Shown here piece after piece: positions 40,030-52,594 of a DNA stretch of 64,000 bases. The stretch covers positions 63,736,001 to 63,800,000 of the forward strand of contig JBITNC010000001.1 of the NCBI GenBank assembly GCA_050084985.1. Direction: 5' to 3'. A program made the translations under genes and the position numbers. Below the pieces are notes generated by a model. It searched no databases. It had not been told where the DNA came from and was given only the letters and a program-made list of their open reading frames with translations. The number at the start of each line of letters is the position of its first letter. Within the stretch, counting starts at the first letter, position 1. This stretch comes from Nageia nagi (taxonomy: Eukaryota; Plantae; Pinophyta).

Positions 40030-41772
40030 TTGATCTTCTTTCCTTTCCTTCAAAAGAGCTCCAATCCGGTTCAACATATCCATCTTCAACAATTTCCCAT
40101 AGGCTTTTACCCATCAACAAAATCTCCATTTTTATGCTCCAAAAATCAAAATGCCTCCCATCAAATTTTGGTAGTTGCAAGCAGTTAGTGTTTATAGCCA
40201 TTACACTAGAGCAACAAGAAATAAGATGAAGAATCAACCATAAATTTTTTTAATAAAATTATTTTCAAGATCTCTACAAGTTTACTCTAACTCTCCAATC
40301 TACCAAGCTTTCTCAAACCCATCAAATCAAACCAAATCTGATCTTACTAGCTCTGATACGAGATGAAGAATCTTAATAGATTCAATAAACTCATTCATAA
40401 TATTCAACAATGGAGCAAAACCAAACTTGTATGATTTAATAATGGAGCAATCTCACAATGGAACTTAATATATAATAATATAATCAAATAGTTACAATCT
40501 GGAATGGAGTTCTGCTCCTCACCTAACACACCAAACTCACTTGGCCTCTTACACTAAGCTACACACCAAGTATCCTATGTAATCCAATCCAATCAACTTG
40601 ATTACACGAACAAGCTAATAACTAAATACATAACATCTTGAAGTGAACACAACCATCGAAATGTGAAGAAACGAGCAAAAAATATGAAAAGATACAAACT
40701 AGGCGAAATGTAACACCTAAAAAGGTTAGTACTGAAATATGGTCATGTTTGGTGTGAAGTGCGGTGGCTACCGCTTTTGGGACTGATGAAACGCGGATTG
40801 TGTTTTTGGGCAGAGCATGAACATTTTGTAGAAAAAGGCCGAGATGATGGCCAATTCTTCGGATAAGGTAGGCATGCGTATACTCATTAGAAAGGTATCT
40901 TTGAGCACTATTTAACGCAAAAAGAATCAACTCAATTGGATATCTCTACAAAAAGTTATGCCTTTCCAAAGATGACCGATCTGTTGAACAAGTCCAGTTT
41001 ATAGAGAATTGGTTTGATCTTCAACTTCAAATGGTCTTCGATTGAGCTCAAGTTTCAACACTTATTACAATGAAAGGCATCCTACAATGACAGCTGAGGG
41101 AGGGCAAGGATTCAAATGTCCGTCCATAAATATTTTCTGAAATTAATTTAACTGATAATAAGAAAATTAATAAATATTTATTATGTAGAGAAGAAAAATT
41201 GAAGACACTAAAAAAAATGAATAAATGAACCGACACATCCTTTCATATTATTTATAAAAGAAAACTTTTAGCATTTGCAAATGACAACACATTCGCTTTT
41301 CTTTTTGTACACTTTGGACTGTAAGGATTTCGTACTGTAACTATTTGGAAGTTCAATTAGTTCTGCTGAAATTATTTTGAGCTGTGAGCACAATAAATTA
41401 CTACAAATCCAATGGACACTAGCAAACCTTTCAATCAGACAGGTAGAAAAATTTTATAAATATCTAGATTTCAATTAGAATCTTTTTCTTCAGTCCATCT
41501 AAATAATTAATATTGATTTGATAAGTCCAAAAATAGTTATTTTATATATTTTTATATTTTAATTATATTTTATTAGCAAGTAAGCTTTTCAAATGTTAAT
41601 TTTTGATATTGCAAATTATTTTCTTATGTAATATTACTTCAATTTCAAGGCAAGCTTCAAGTGGGCTAATATGTAAATACTTTAATTTATGCCATTTCTT
41701 AGTTTGACTGTCTATAATATATAATTTTAACTATTTATCTATTTAGTAAGAAAAGGGTTAAATTTTAATAAA

Positions 41773-41932
41773 ACTAGCTTAGATATCTTAGATATACATA
41801 TCTAAAAATGTTGAGGGATATCAATTTCGAGGTGTCTATCTCATTTTTTGGAATGGGGATTTTCAAGATAGATACGTCGAGATTGATACCTCGGATTTTT
41901 TAGATATATACATCTAAGATATCTAAGCTAGT
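41773..41932. repeat. 160-bp foldback inverted repeat (MITE-like)
   Basis: Arms of ~68 bp; the outer 21 bp are perfect (ACTAGCTTAGATATCTTAGAT / ATCTAAGATATCTAAGCTAGT). No clear TSD. Confidence 0.9.
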
Positions 41933-42135
41933 AAGGGTGTCAGTTGCAGCTTTCCATCATTTGATATGTAAGCCTTTTCGTGAGAAATAATGCTTAATGT
42001 AGGTTACATGGATGATGATTTTTACTAATTTGTGAATTTTAGAGAGAATAGTCAGGTTTAGATATATCTGTTTGTTTAAGTTAGAAATTTGAATTTAATG
42101 TTTAAATTCATCTTTTAATATTGAACTTCTCACAG

Positions 42136-42344
42136 CTGATGTACAAACAAGTGAAGCAACTGCGGAAGGCATCAATGAAGATTCAAGTTCCAAAATTCCT
42201 GAATCAAGTATTTCTGACTTTGCTTTTAGAAAAGTCATATGTGGTGATGAGGCTCTGAGAATTGCTCCAGATCAGCCATATGTGATACGCCATCCTATTC
42301 GGCGAGGGCATTTCAATCTTACCGAATATTATTCTATGTCTCAG
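42136..42344 (+). CDS. ARP9: ARP9 exon 7
   Basis: cacag|...RKVICGDEALRIAPDQPYVIRHPIRRGHFNLTEYYSMSQ|gtacaa. Confidence 0.95.
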
Positions 42345-42496
42345 GTACAATGATATTGACTTTGAAAAACTCAAATGTCTAACTTTAACAAATAATAGTT
42401 AATATCTATGTCTATATAAGGTGAGGTATCATGGGCGGTAGGATGAGGAACATGCATAAAGAACTTAAAGTTCTGATGTCTTATTTTCTTTTATAG

Positions 42497-42617
42497 ATAT
42501 GTGATGATCTTTATCGTATATGGGATTGGATTTTAACTGATAAGTTGCGGATATCAGCGAAGGATCGAGATGCGTTCTCTGCAGTTTTGGTTGTTTCTGA
42601 AACATTTGACAATCGCG
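42497..42617 (+). CDS. ARP9: ARP9 exon 8
   Basis: tatag|ICDDLYRIWDWILTDKL...VVSETFDNR+G|gtatgt. Confidence 0.95.
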
Positions 42618-43859
42618 GTATGTTTCATTATTGTTTTAGGTTCCCACATCTAGTTTCTTGATGTTATGAAAGTTCGGTACCTTCTTAAAACAATTTTTTT
42701 GGAATGAAGTTTGTTCTCGGTGAAAGTTATTACTGAAGACATGTACTTATGTGTAAGGAATCTTCTGATCTAATCTATTCAGAAAGAAGGCCATCTTTTG
42801 GAAGTGTTCATACCTTCTATTGGAAACTGCCATGTATTATATGCTGTTTCACATCTTATTTGAAATTGCTTTTTGATATTTATATTTCTGGATAGCATCT
42901 TCCTATTAGCAAAGATGACTGTGTGGGATGCTTCTAAATGATGCTGGTATCATTGTCCAGCAGATAGCACAAATCTGATTAGAAATTAAGATTCTCATTC
43001 ACAATGATATTGAAGTATTATGTTTTCAGAAATTCAGTTGATTTGATGTTGGTAGTTGAAAATGTTAGTTTTCATTTGCAGCATACCTCAATATTAAATG
43101 AATCATTCTCAAGTTTCATACTTTTATACTCTGTTATGATGTAACAAACTAAACCCTAACATAACTACCAACAACATTTGATGTTACAATGCCCACATAA
43201 AACATCAATTACGATCTGTTGATTTTAGTGTTACATCTTAGCACTCCCAAACTTGACAATACTTTTCTGATTTTAGTCAATTAATATGTAATCATCAAAA
43301 CACCAGAAAAGGACAATATTCTAAATCATGTCTTGGTATCAGATTGGTACATCAACATCCACTCTGATGCCTGGGAAACCGCATCTGGTATTGGCTAGTT
43401 ATCGAGGATGATGAGCTGAATATATTATTATGTCTTCATCTACAAAGACATGTTTTACTTCTTGCTAGCCATCATCAGTGGGTTCTGAAACACAAATGCT
43501 CCAAGATGCTATCACCTTGGTGGAGTTATAATTATACCAATGCCCATGAATTCATTTAGCCTTCCATGTCCGGTAACCTCCATTTGACCCCTATTTGGAG
43601 ACTAGCTGATATAGGTGTTGAGATCTTCCGAGATTTTTTTTTTTGGTAAAGAGTAAAAAGGAGGGTTTTATCAGATCCCACAACTGTGCCAAAAAATTGT
43701 TCCAAAGCATCCGTCATATTATATTATCCTGCTACTAGTTACACCCAACCAGTAACCAAAACATCACAGAAAGGCTACTACATACTAATTTCGCACCACC
43801 AATAACAGCTTACTAGTGGACAAAAAAAGACCTTCTAAAACATACTATTAGACAACCAA

Positions 43860-44748
43860 CATCAGATCGTTTCTCCCCCTTTTCAAGGGCTGGGAAGATG
43901 AGCCTTCTTACTTGAACCACGTGTACCAATGTGTGAAGCCACTGTTGGGACTGTCTTCTTTACAGCCGGACTATCTTCTGCAGCTACCTTTTCAGAGATC
44001 TTCCTATCCATCATTTGCCCTGCTGTTCCCCCTCCTATTGTTGCAGCAACCTCCTTCCCACGATCTCGTTTTTGCTTAGTACGGACCTCAGCTTCTTTTG
44101 ATACCAGCTTCTCCGTGGGGAGCTTCTCTTCTCCTTTCCAGCTTCTCCGTGCGGAATTTTGCTTGCTGCCAACTCATACATCAGGTAAATTAACCCCTGA
44201 TGCAGTGGGTAATCCTCTCTTCCCTTCTTCACTATAGTCATTAACTTCCTTACCGAAGTGAGCAAGAAGAATGAAAAGCATATTCTTTTGTCCTTCAGCT
44301 TGAAATGCTTCAACATAATCATGTGCGGATCATAGATGTGTGAAAGCCGTGCTTCTAGGTTAAAGTAGCGGACTATCCATTCCACCACCCTACCCTGCAA
44401 CCTTGAGAGTTTTTCGCATTCATACTCAGAAATTTCTTTCACAATTGCTTCCCCTTCTCCCCAAATTTCATCTAGCTCTGACTGTTTAACTTGTACACTT
44501 TTGTTGTCATACACTCTTTCGTCCAAGCTCATGGCCATTGCCTCCTTGGAAAAGTCCACCCAGATGGATCCCACCTTGGCCCCATCATCCTTCCAATCCA
44601 TGGCGACCTTGCATGACAGCTCCATGTTGTGACCCCAACACCTTTTAATAAATTCTGTCACCCCTCAACGATAGAATCATTTCCACACCCTCTTATTTTC
44701 TTTATCCTCGTGAAAATCACTTGACTTAACTCTCTTTATCTTTCCCAT
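43860..44748 (-). pseudogene. Third ORF of the LINE, ~290 codons, function unknown
   Basis: MGKIKRVK start at 44748 with two early stops, then 208 open codons (44035-44661) containing DYPLHQGLIYLMYE. A frameshifted charged tail precedes the 3' UTR and poly(A). Confidence 0.7.
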
Positions 44749-45931
44749 TTCTCTCCACACTAGAAATGCACAATGGACAAACCAAATCACCCACAGTAGC
44801 ATTGTTTCCAACAACTTCCACCACCTTAATAAGTTATCAACTTGCTTGAACTCCAAAGCATGTTTCCAATCCCCATCAATCAAATCGTGACACTGTGCAT
44901 GATATTTGTGAGGTGTATTAATATTTCGCGTCACCTGAGCCATGTGATCGAGATCCCCCCATTTCAACTCATAATTCCATTGCATCATTACATGTCATGT
45001 TACCCTCCACCTTACCATCATTTGTGGGTAGTGGGGCCACTAAGAGGAGGTTTTGAAATAGCTCAGCCATAGCTAGGTCTAAAGTGGGGTCCGTAGCTAA
45101 ACCAATGGTCACATTCTCTTTGAAGGCTTCAATGTTCTTTTTCAAAATTTTGGCCACAATTAAGTTGCAATCTTGGAAAATTTGTCTATTCCTTTCCTTC
45201 CAAAATCCCAGATAATATTTGCTGCCATCAAAGCCCAAGCTTTGGCCAAATATCCTTTCTTATTTTCTGGTGTCCATTTTTCAAGGAGCCCTCTCAAATT
45301 TTTTGGCATCATCCATTGGATCTTCAGTAATCCACACATCGTGTATCACACTTCCGATGCTACCAGACAATGTACTAGCAAATGCACCAGCGTTTCCTCA
45401 TTCCATCCACACATGACAAACCGATTAGGGAAGGCCATTCCCCTCCTTCTCAAATTATCACAAGTCACGATTCCATTCAATACAGCCATCCATGCAAAGC
45501 AAGAAATCTTTGGGGTAAGGCCTCTAGCCCACACCCTTCTCCATAGAACTCTCCTAGAATCTTTTTGGTTGGTTTTAAGAGTTAGATACCTAGTCGAAGC
45601 TGTGCATCTATATCTTGAGCCTTTCGCACTTGTCCACTTTAGTTCATCACCCTTGTCTGATGGGAAGATTCTATACTACTGTACTTGGGTTCTGATTTAT
45701 TGGAGGGTCTCTTCAATTTCTAAGTTAGGTGCCAACGGAATTACCCATCGGGCATCAAGACCTTTTGTATGAATATAGTCCTTCACCGTACATCCTATAT
45801 TTACCTTTGCCCATTCCGCAACCCTTAATTAGCCCTGGTGTTGTCCAAGTGCAATTGGGGAGAGCTAAGGATCATCCCCGAACATGACTTCATTACCTTT
45901 CTTTATTTTTTGTAGTATTCCAAAATTAAGG

Positions 45932-48900
45932 CGTTCCATTTCTATGTGCCAAATTCAGTGCGACGCTCTTCTTCATTGTAATTTTCTAGCAATTTGAGAT
46001 ATTTTATTATTTTTGTAAATGTTTGGTGTCGAAGGGACACATAAAAAATCATATTTCCACCCTATGATGTTGAACGCCTCATTCTTGGGTGTGAACACTC
46101 CAAGGGTAGACGTCACACCTCTAGGTGTGCTAAGGGTCATTTAAGTTAAAATAGGTGTCTTTATTATTTTATTAGTATTTGTGGGCCATATTTGTAATTT
46201 GAGGACTTTGTTTACTCCTCAAAGGTGGACGCCCAATATAGGAAGGTCTAATTGTTAATTAGGTGTGATTTTATGTTTGTATTGGGTTGGCCAACCACAA
46301 ATTAGAAAAGGCTTCTCCATGAGAGCTCTATATAAGGGAGATGAGCGCATGAATTGAAGACATGTCTTCATATCGTTTAACCCCTCTTTTGGAGCGCATG
46401 CTTATCTTTCTCTCAAAGGAGGAAAACCCTACGGAGAATCTCTTGAAAGTACGAAACCCCATCTTGTGGATGAAAACCCTCAAGTTGCCACTTCAACCTT
46501 GATGCCTCATATATTCAAAAAATTAGCCTTGAATAACTTGCAAGGTGAAGAAGGGATCTTGGAATTTGACCTAGCCCCAAAAGTGAGATGTCTACCTCAA
46601 GGAGTCAGTTTGGCATCTTTGAAGTGGTGAATCTAGCTCCTTGGTGAGACATCACCCCTAGGAGAGCATTTTGAGCTCTTTGAGATCATTCTCTTGGTTT
46701 GTTTGGACATTTAGGAATTTATGTTATTTATTGTGTATTTTTGGTCTCATTAATTCGCCTCAATTTTGAAATATTGGTCGCTTGAGTAATTTTGCCATAT
46801 TTTGAGTGTTTTGAGCACTTGCATAATTCGTCCTAATTTATGAGCATCTATGAGTATGATTTGAGTTAATTAAATATTCCGGTTGGAGTAATAAGGTAGA
46901 ATTGGAATTTGCTATTTTTCTACATTTGTGCTTGCCCTAGAATTGGGAATATTACATTTCCTACTTCGAATACATTCCTAAGGTATCCCTTACATCCACC
47001 AAGTCATTATAGAAGACTAAACCCTTTGGAGGTCTTCCAATCCTGAGAAAATTGTTTGCCCCTTCCATTTACTTAGCCCAAATTATCCTGATCCAATTAT
47101 TGATCTTTTCCCAAGCTACTAAATGAATCCTTTTCTTCTCCTCCCTTCTTGTCCATAGGAAGTTCCTACAAATTTGGTGTATCTTGTTTGCCACTATTTC
47201 AAGAATTTTGGAGCCTCCAAGAAGCATCATGTTGGATTAGAGGAGCTGGGTGATGACTCCTAGGTGAGATCTAGATCCAGGATGTGTTATATAAGGCATT
47301 GGAGCCTCATTGCAAAGATATATTGATATACTGAATTTGATATTGAAACCCCTTTTTCTCAGCAAAGCTTCTCAAGTCTTGGCGGTGTCAAGCACACTTG
47401 GGCGTGTAGACAAAGGAGAGTGTAGGATGTTTGGAACACCTTTTGACTAGCGGTTGAGGTGAATGTTCGTGTTGTGAAGTTGACCTACCCTGAGGTGTCC
47501 ATAGCGGTCTGCACCTTTGAATCCATCCGGTGGCATTTCAGAACTACATTCATTCTCTTCACTAGAAGCTAGCTTGTGAGGAAGCCCTTTAGTGTGGTGT
47601 ACACAGATTTGGTAGTGTGGTTGTTCTTCAGCATATATGCAGCAATATTCATCTTTGCACATCCGTGTTCCCTAGTTGGCTCCTTGGAGGCCAACATTGA
47701 GCCCTTGAGGGCATGGTTTGTATTGTACTCATCATTTGTCTTTAATTGAGCCGTGGCACATTTGAACTCCAATCCTTGTCTCATATTTTGGTGTGTTTGG
47801 TGATAATTTATTCCTCTTGGTGTGACGTCGTATTGCTAGGATCCTTTTTGATTTATTTTACATGATATATGTATGCCCTAGTGTGACGTTGGCTTGTAAT
47901 TGTGATTTTTGGCTTAAGGAGTGCATCATTGGGTCTTTAATTGTGATTTCATGGTAAATTCAAGGTTTGATAGCATGAGATGGTAGGTAATTCAAAATAA
48001 TGCATATTTGGGCTTGGAATTTTGTGAAAAGGATCAAAGATGCTCCCTAGAGGACTAAATCAGTTTTTATGGTCTTCATGGGTTCAAAAGGAGATGGATT
48101 GTGCCTACAAAAAAAATATGAAGATTTTTTGTGCAAATTTGATGCAAAATGTGAAGAATCAAGATACCCTCAAGAGGAGCTTGAAAAAGGAGTAAGATTT
48201 AAGGCCTTTCCAATTTGATCCAAAATTTGTCATTCCCTCCCTAGGCGCAGATTTTTGGTGTTTAACGCCTCAAAAAGAGAAAATCAGCTCCTAGCATGGT
48301 TGTGTGCTTGAAAGATGACAAATTTTTATGAGAGACGAGCAACATGGGTATTGTGGAGCATCAAAAACCAAGACTCTTTTCTCTTGGAAGTTTCAAAATA
48401 GCATCGGAACTCCTCCTCCCCTACCTAGGCACACATTTTCCAATTTACTTCTCTTTTGGGCAAATTTGTTGAAGATCATGAGAAAAAATTGAAAATTGAA
48501 CTCAAAAGAATACAAAATCCAAGACATGGGTACTGAGGAAGGACAATTTCTAAGCACTTTTGCTCTTGAAAGTTTACAAATTGGATCAATCTTACTCCTC
48601 CCCCATCTAGATGCACATTTATAGGCTATGTAAATGCGAGAAAAAAGAAAAAACATGCACCTAAGGAGGGTTGCATCAAATTTTCTCAAAATTTCGATTT
48701 TGAAGGATAGAGCATGAGTAGGGGCGAATTCCAAGCAAATTGGTCTTGAAAAATTTCAAAAAAGGACAAAATTGAGAAAATGGTGGCTAGGCACAAATTT
48801 TCTAGCTATGTCAAATAGATAAACAAAGAAAACTTGCACCTAGCAAGCTTGTGCACACCAAAATTTGCAAAATTACAATTTGGCCAATCAAAAGTCCAAG

Positions 48901-51099
48901 ACATGGGTATGGTGGGAAGTTAAAAATTGGACATCTTTGTTCTTGAAGGTTCCCAAAATGCATCAAACCTCTACCTCTCCCACCTAGGCCCACATTTTCC
49001 ATCTTTGCCCATATCTAGCATGCAAAAGACCCACCTTGGAAAGAGAAAACCTTATATAGCATGCAAACATGTCATTTGGCATTTTTCAAAAATAAAATTT
49101 GATGCCATAGGCATGAGCACAATGCAATTTCAATCATATTGGTCAAAGGAGAATCCAAAGTAACCAAATTTGCTACCTCTCCCACCTAGGCACACATTTT
49201 CCAATTTACCTCCCTTTTGGTGCATTTTCAAAGAGCAAAACCTCTATCAAGCATGTGAATGTTGCTATGGAGCTTCCAAAATGCCTCCTCAAGAAGGAAA
49301 GGAGCAAATTCAACGCCTATGAGGTGAGAGAAGAGTCCAAATCCTTACAAATACAAGCCAAACCCCTCATTTGCACCATGAACCTCTCATATTGCTCTCC
49401 AAGCATGCATTTCACAATCCAAAAACCATCAAACAAACAAAAATGGCCGCCCATACCCAAAACATATTTTGAAAACCCCAAATCCTCTAAAAACTTGGCA
49501 AATGCCTTCTTGATCCATCCCTCACCCATCCATGGCCTCAAAATCACATTTTTATAAATTTTCCAAAATCAACCCCCCTCCATTTTCCAAGAAAATAGAC
49601 AAAAAAAATCACTTTTTTGAAAAATCTTCTTAGAATTGCTCAAAAATTTGCCACAATGTTCATATAAAGGGCAAATCCATATTGAAAGAAAGAAGGAGCT
49701 CAAAAGACCGGTGAAAAAATCTAGAATGATGATTTGAAGCTCTAAATTTTGCCAAATTGATGTAAAACGCCTCAAGATTCGTGCCAGAAGGCATCAATTT
49801 CTAGAAATAGTTTTTTTTAAAGCAAAATTTGTGGGATGCGTGTTTTTTCTCCTACTAAATGAAATTGTAATTTCAATTTAGCATTCAATTAGCATTTAAT
49901 TTTTTTCAAATTTAGAAATTAGGATTTTCAAAAAAAAGTCTATAAATAGACCCTAGGGGATCTCATTTGCTCTAGAATTCATTTTGTGAGAAAAGTGAAA
50001 CTTTTGTAAAAGAGGAGCAAATTGATGTATTTCTGCACAACTCTTTTTGAAAGCAATACAAAGTGGTTAAAGAGAATATTGAACTTGATCATCCCTGCGT
50101 CGATTGAAAGGAAAAATTCTTTTTGTTCCATAGGGGATTTGGAGGGCAACTTGCTTATTGTAATAGTAGGAGGATCATTTTGTTCCCGCTCAAACACCTC
50201 AGTAGAGGAGGCAGAAGCATTACCTACACATATTGAAAAGATAGGTTGTATAATTCCTGCATTGTGGTTAAGACATAATAACGTTGCTAACCCCTCCGAT
50301 CCAAGATTGGAAACACCTAATCTCCTAATCTTTGGTGTTGTGAATTGAAATCTTCGTTGGTTTGACACCTTTGCATCCTTCCTTTGAAAACTTACAAGTT
50401 TTAGCGAAAATATAATTGCATTACTTTTATAAATTGTTTGAAACTAGTCTTTGATAGTTGCTTAATTCACAACATGCATGTTAGATAAAGTATTCTGAAT
50501 TTGTTTTCACTTTTTATGATATCAAATTAGAATTTTTATCCAAACTCTTAAGTTCTTCTCATGTTCCTCCATCACGTCCATTTGACTGTTTACAATCAGC
50601 CTTACTACAAGCTCCTCTTTGAAATGACTCGAACGATAGTTTTTTGTTTGCAAAGTTGGATGACTTGGATGAAACTTTCTTAACTGATTCGGAGGGGATA
50701 ACTTTCTTTAGTGGTTTTAGGCTGACTTGCATATGAATTTGAATTATTAAACTGCTTAGACAATGCTTTGTCATGGTGATCAATTTGGTATCTGGCCAAG
50801 TATTTGTTTCCTTCTCATAAGTATCGCTTCTCAATTTACTGTATTGCTTTTACACTTTCTTTACGCTTTCAAAAATTAAATACAACTTCTAAATTCATAT
50901 ACAAGTATTACGAATAAACTCTATATGTTGGTTAACAGTTGCTATCTCTAAAACACTCCACACGAGTTGATAGCTTGAAGAGAAAGACTTCAAAAGTAAG
51001 AAAGAATTGCATCGCATTCCTTTGATTGTGTTTCAGATTTTGCAGAAACCTTGGGGTACTTAATCCTTACAAGTGGGGAATAAGTAACATGTTTCCACC
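45932..51099 (+). mobile_element. 5.2-kb probable gypsy solo LTR nested in the LINE, apparently non-coding
   Basis: TSD TAAGG at 45927-45931 and 51100-51104. Termini degenerate (cGTTCC...TTCCACc). TATA boxes at ~46329, ~47288 and ~49940. Internal repeats cctaggcacacattttcc. Confidence 0.7.
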
Positions 51100-51492
51100 T
51101 AAGGTGCTGGGAAGCTTCCTCCTCCGGTGATTCATAGTTATTGGTAGGAAAGAAATCCTTCCCAACACATTTGTTGCTACAAATTCAAAATTGGAACTAA
51201 GAATCTTAACATGTGTATGAATGTATCTACTTGAGACATTCACAATTGGTGTACCTTGTATAGTAGTCCGGTTCCATAATGTTAGTAGTCATCCTGAAAC
51301 CCCATCTGACTCTCTCCAATCATAATCAACTCTTCTCCAGATTCTCTTGGCCACCTCTCTCACATTATCCTTCCTCACCTTAGATTCCTGTACAAACAAA
51401 ATGTTTGGACGAACTTCCCTACAGAGGTCTTTTATAGCTCTCTGTCTATCCAGGCCATTGCAGCTCCGCACATTCCAATTGAGAAGAATCAT

Positions 51493-52594
51493 TGAGACCC
51501 TCTTGAGACCTTGCGGTCCCCACTCTACTCTAGAGTGCTTTGTGTGCCATTAGCAATATCTTCTTGCTAAATCTTCCACTTCACTTCTATGCCGCTTCCC
51601 TCCTCTAACCTCCTCCCATTCTCCTTCATTTACTTGAATTGTCCCATTAGTAATTGCCAATGGCTGCTGCCTCACTCTCCCTCTGTTATTTCTACAATTT
51701 TTATTCCGCCATTTGGATCCAAAGGTTGGAAAGAATTCCTTGTTTCAAACTTGTTTCTAACCTCCTCTTTTGGGCTGGTGGCGATCATTTCTTTGATAAG
51801 CTTGATTCATTCGATTTGGTGCCCTCCATCCTTCTTGAGGTTTGGGATTCTCCACTTTCTTCTTGTCTTTCTACTTTTCTTTCTCCTTCTTGTCAGTACA
51901 TTCTCTAACATAGTGATCAAACTTTCCATAGATATTCCATCTAATAGGCAAATTTTCATTAACTATCTCTTGCTTCCAGGTTTCTCTGTCTTCTTCATCC
52001 AAATATATTTTGTGTCGCAACTCTTCTGTTATATCAATGTTGATACAGAATCGGGCTTCAGTCATCCTACTTCCAACTCTTGTTACTTTATCAATAGAGA
52101 CGAATGATCTAATTGAGTTAGCAATCCCCGCAATTACACTCGTATCCCAATAATCCAATGACGGATTGGGTAAGTTAACCCATACAGGGACAAGATCAAT
52201 GTTTTTCTTTGTCTGGCCTGAAGCAAGGATGCCATTGCTTGAGCACCATACCTTTGCGACCTATCAACCAGGGACCTGGCTCAAGAACTTTGCTTATATC
52301 ATCTGAATTGGTAAATACAAAGAATAGAAATTCTTGTGGTAGCACCACCACATCCACTTGCCCTGAAAGTTTCCAATGCTCAATCACCCATCTCCGAATT
52401 TCGTTCAAATTTGGTCTCAATCACCCATCTCTCTTATTTTCCAGAATTTCTTTTGGGATTGTCAACCTCGCTACATTGTCCATGATTTTCCTCTCCAATT
52501 TGGTCGCAACGATGTCATCAGGATAATCCCTTGCGACCACATTGGCCCAAGATTTCGGAGGTCTTGGCAGAGGCTTTGACGTTGGCCTCTCCAT
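51493..52594 (-). pseudogene. L1 ORF1 (DUF4283-type, degenerate zinc knuckle)
   Basis: Fragments 52196-52420 and 51871-52158 (ARFCINIDI...GKFDHYVREC). Confidence 0.85.

Larger units (their letters stand above)
36110..41060 (-). mobile_element. Non-autonomous copia-derived LTR element with both LTRs
   Basis: LTRs 36110-36818 and 40364-41060 (TG..CA). Perfect TSD CTTAT. PBS TCGTATCAGAGC at 40350-40361. PPT AAGGGGGAGAA next to 36818. Gag start LPKFDGRHFDFWSIKME. No PR, INT or RT motifs seen. Confidence 0.92.

Noticed and set aside
43320-43637. Possible RNase H-like relic of an older LINE on the + strand
   Set aside because: Only a vague motif spacing; too degraded to support.
45173-45772. 199-aa plus-strand ORF (also 51589-52107 and 17659-18165)
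   Set aside because: Antisense to L1 coding sequence.
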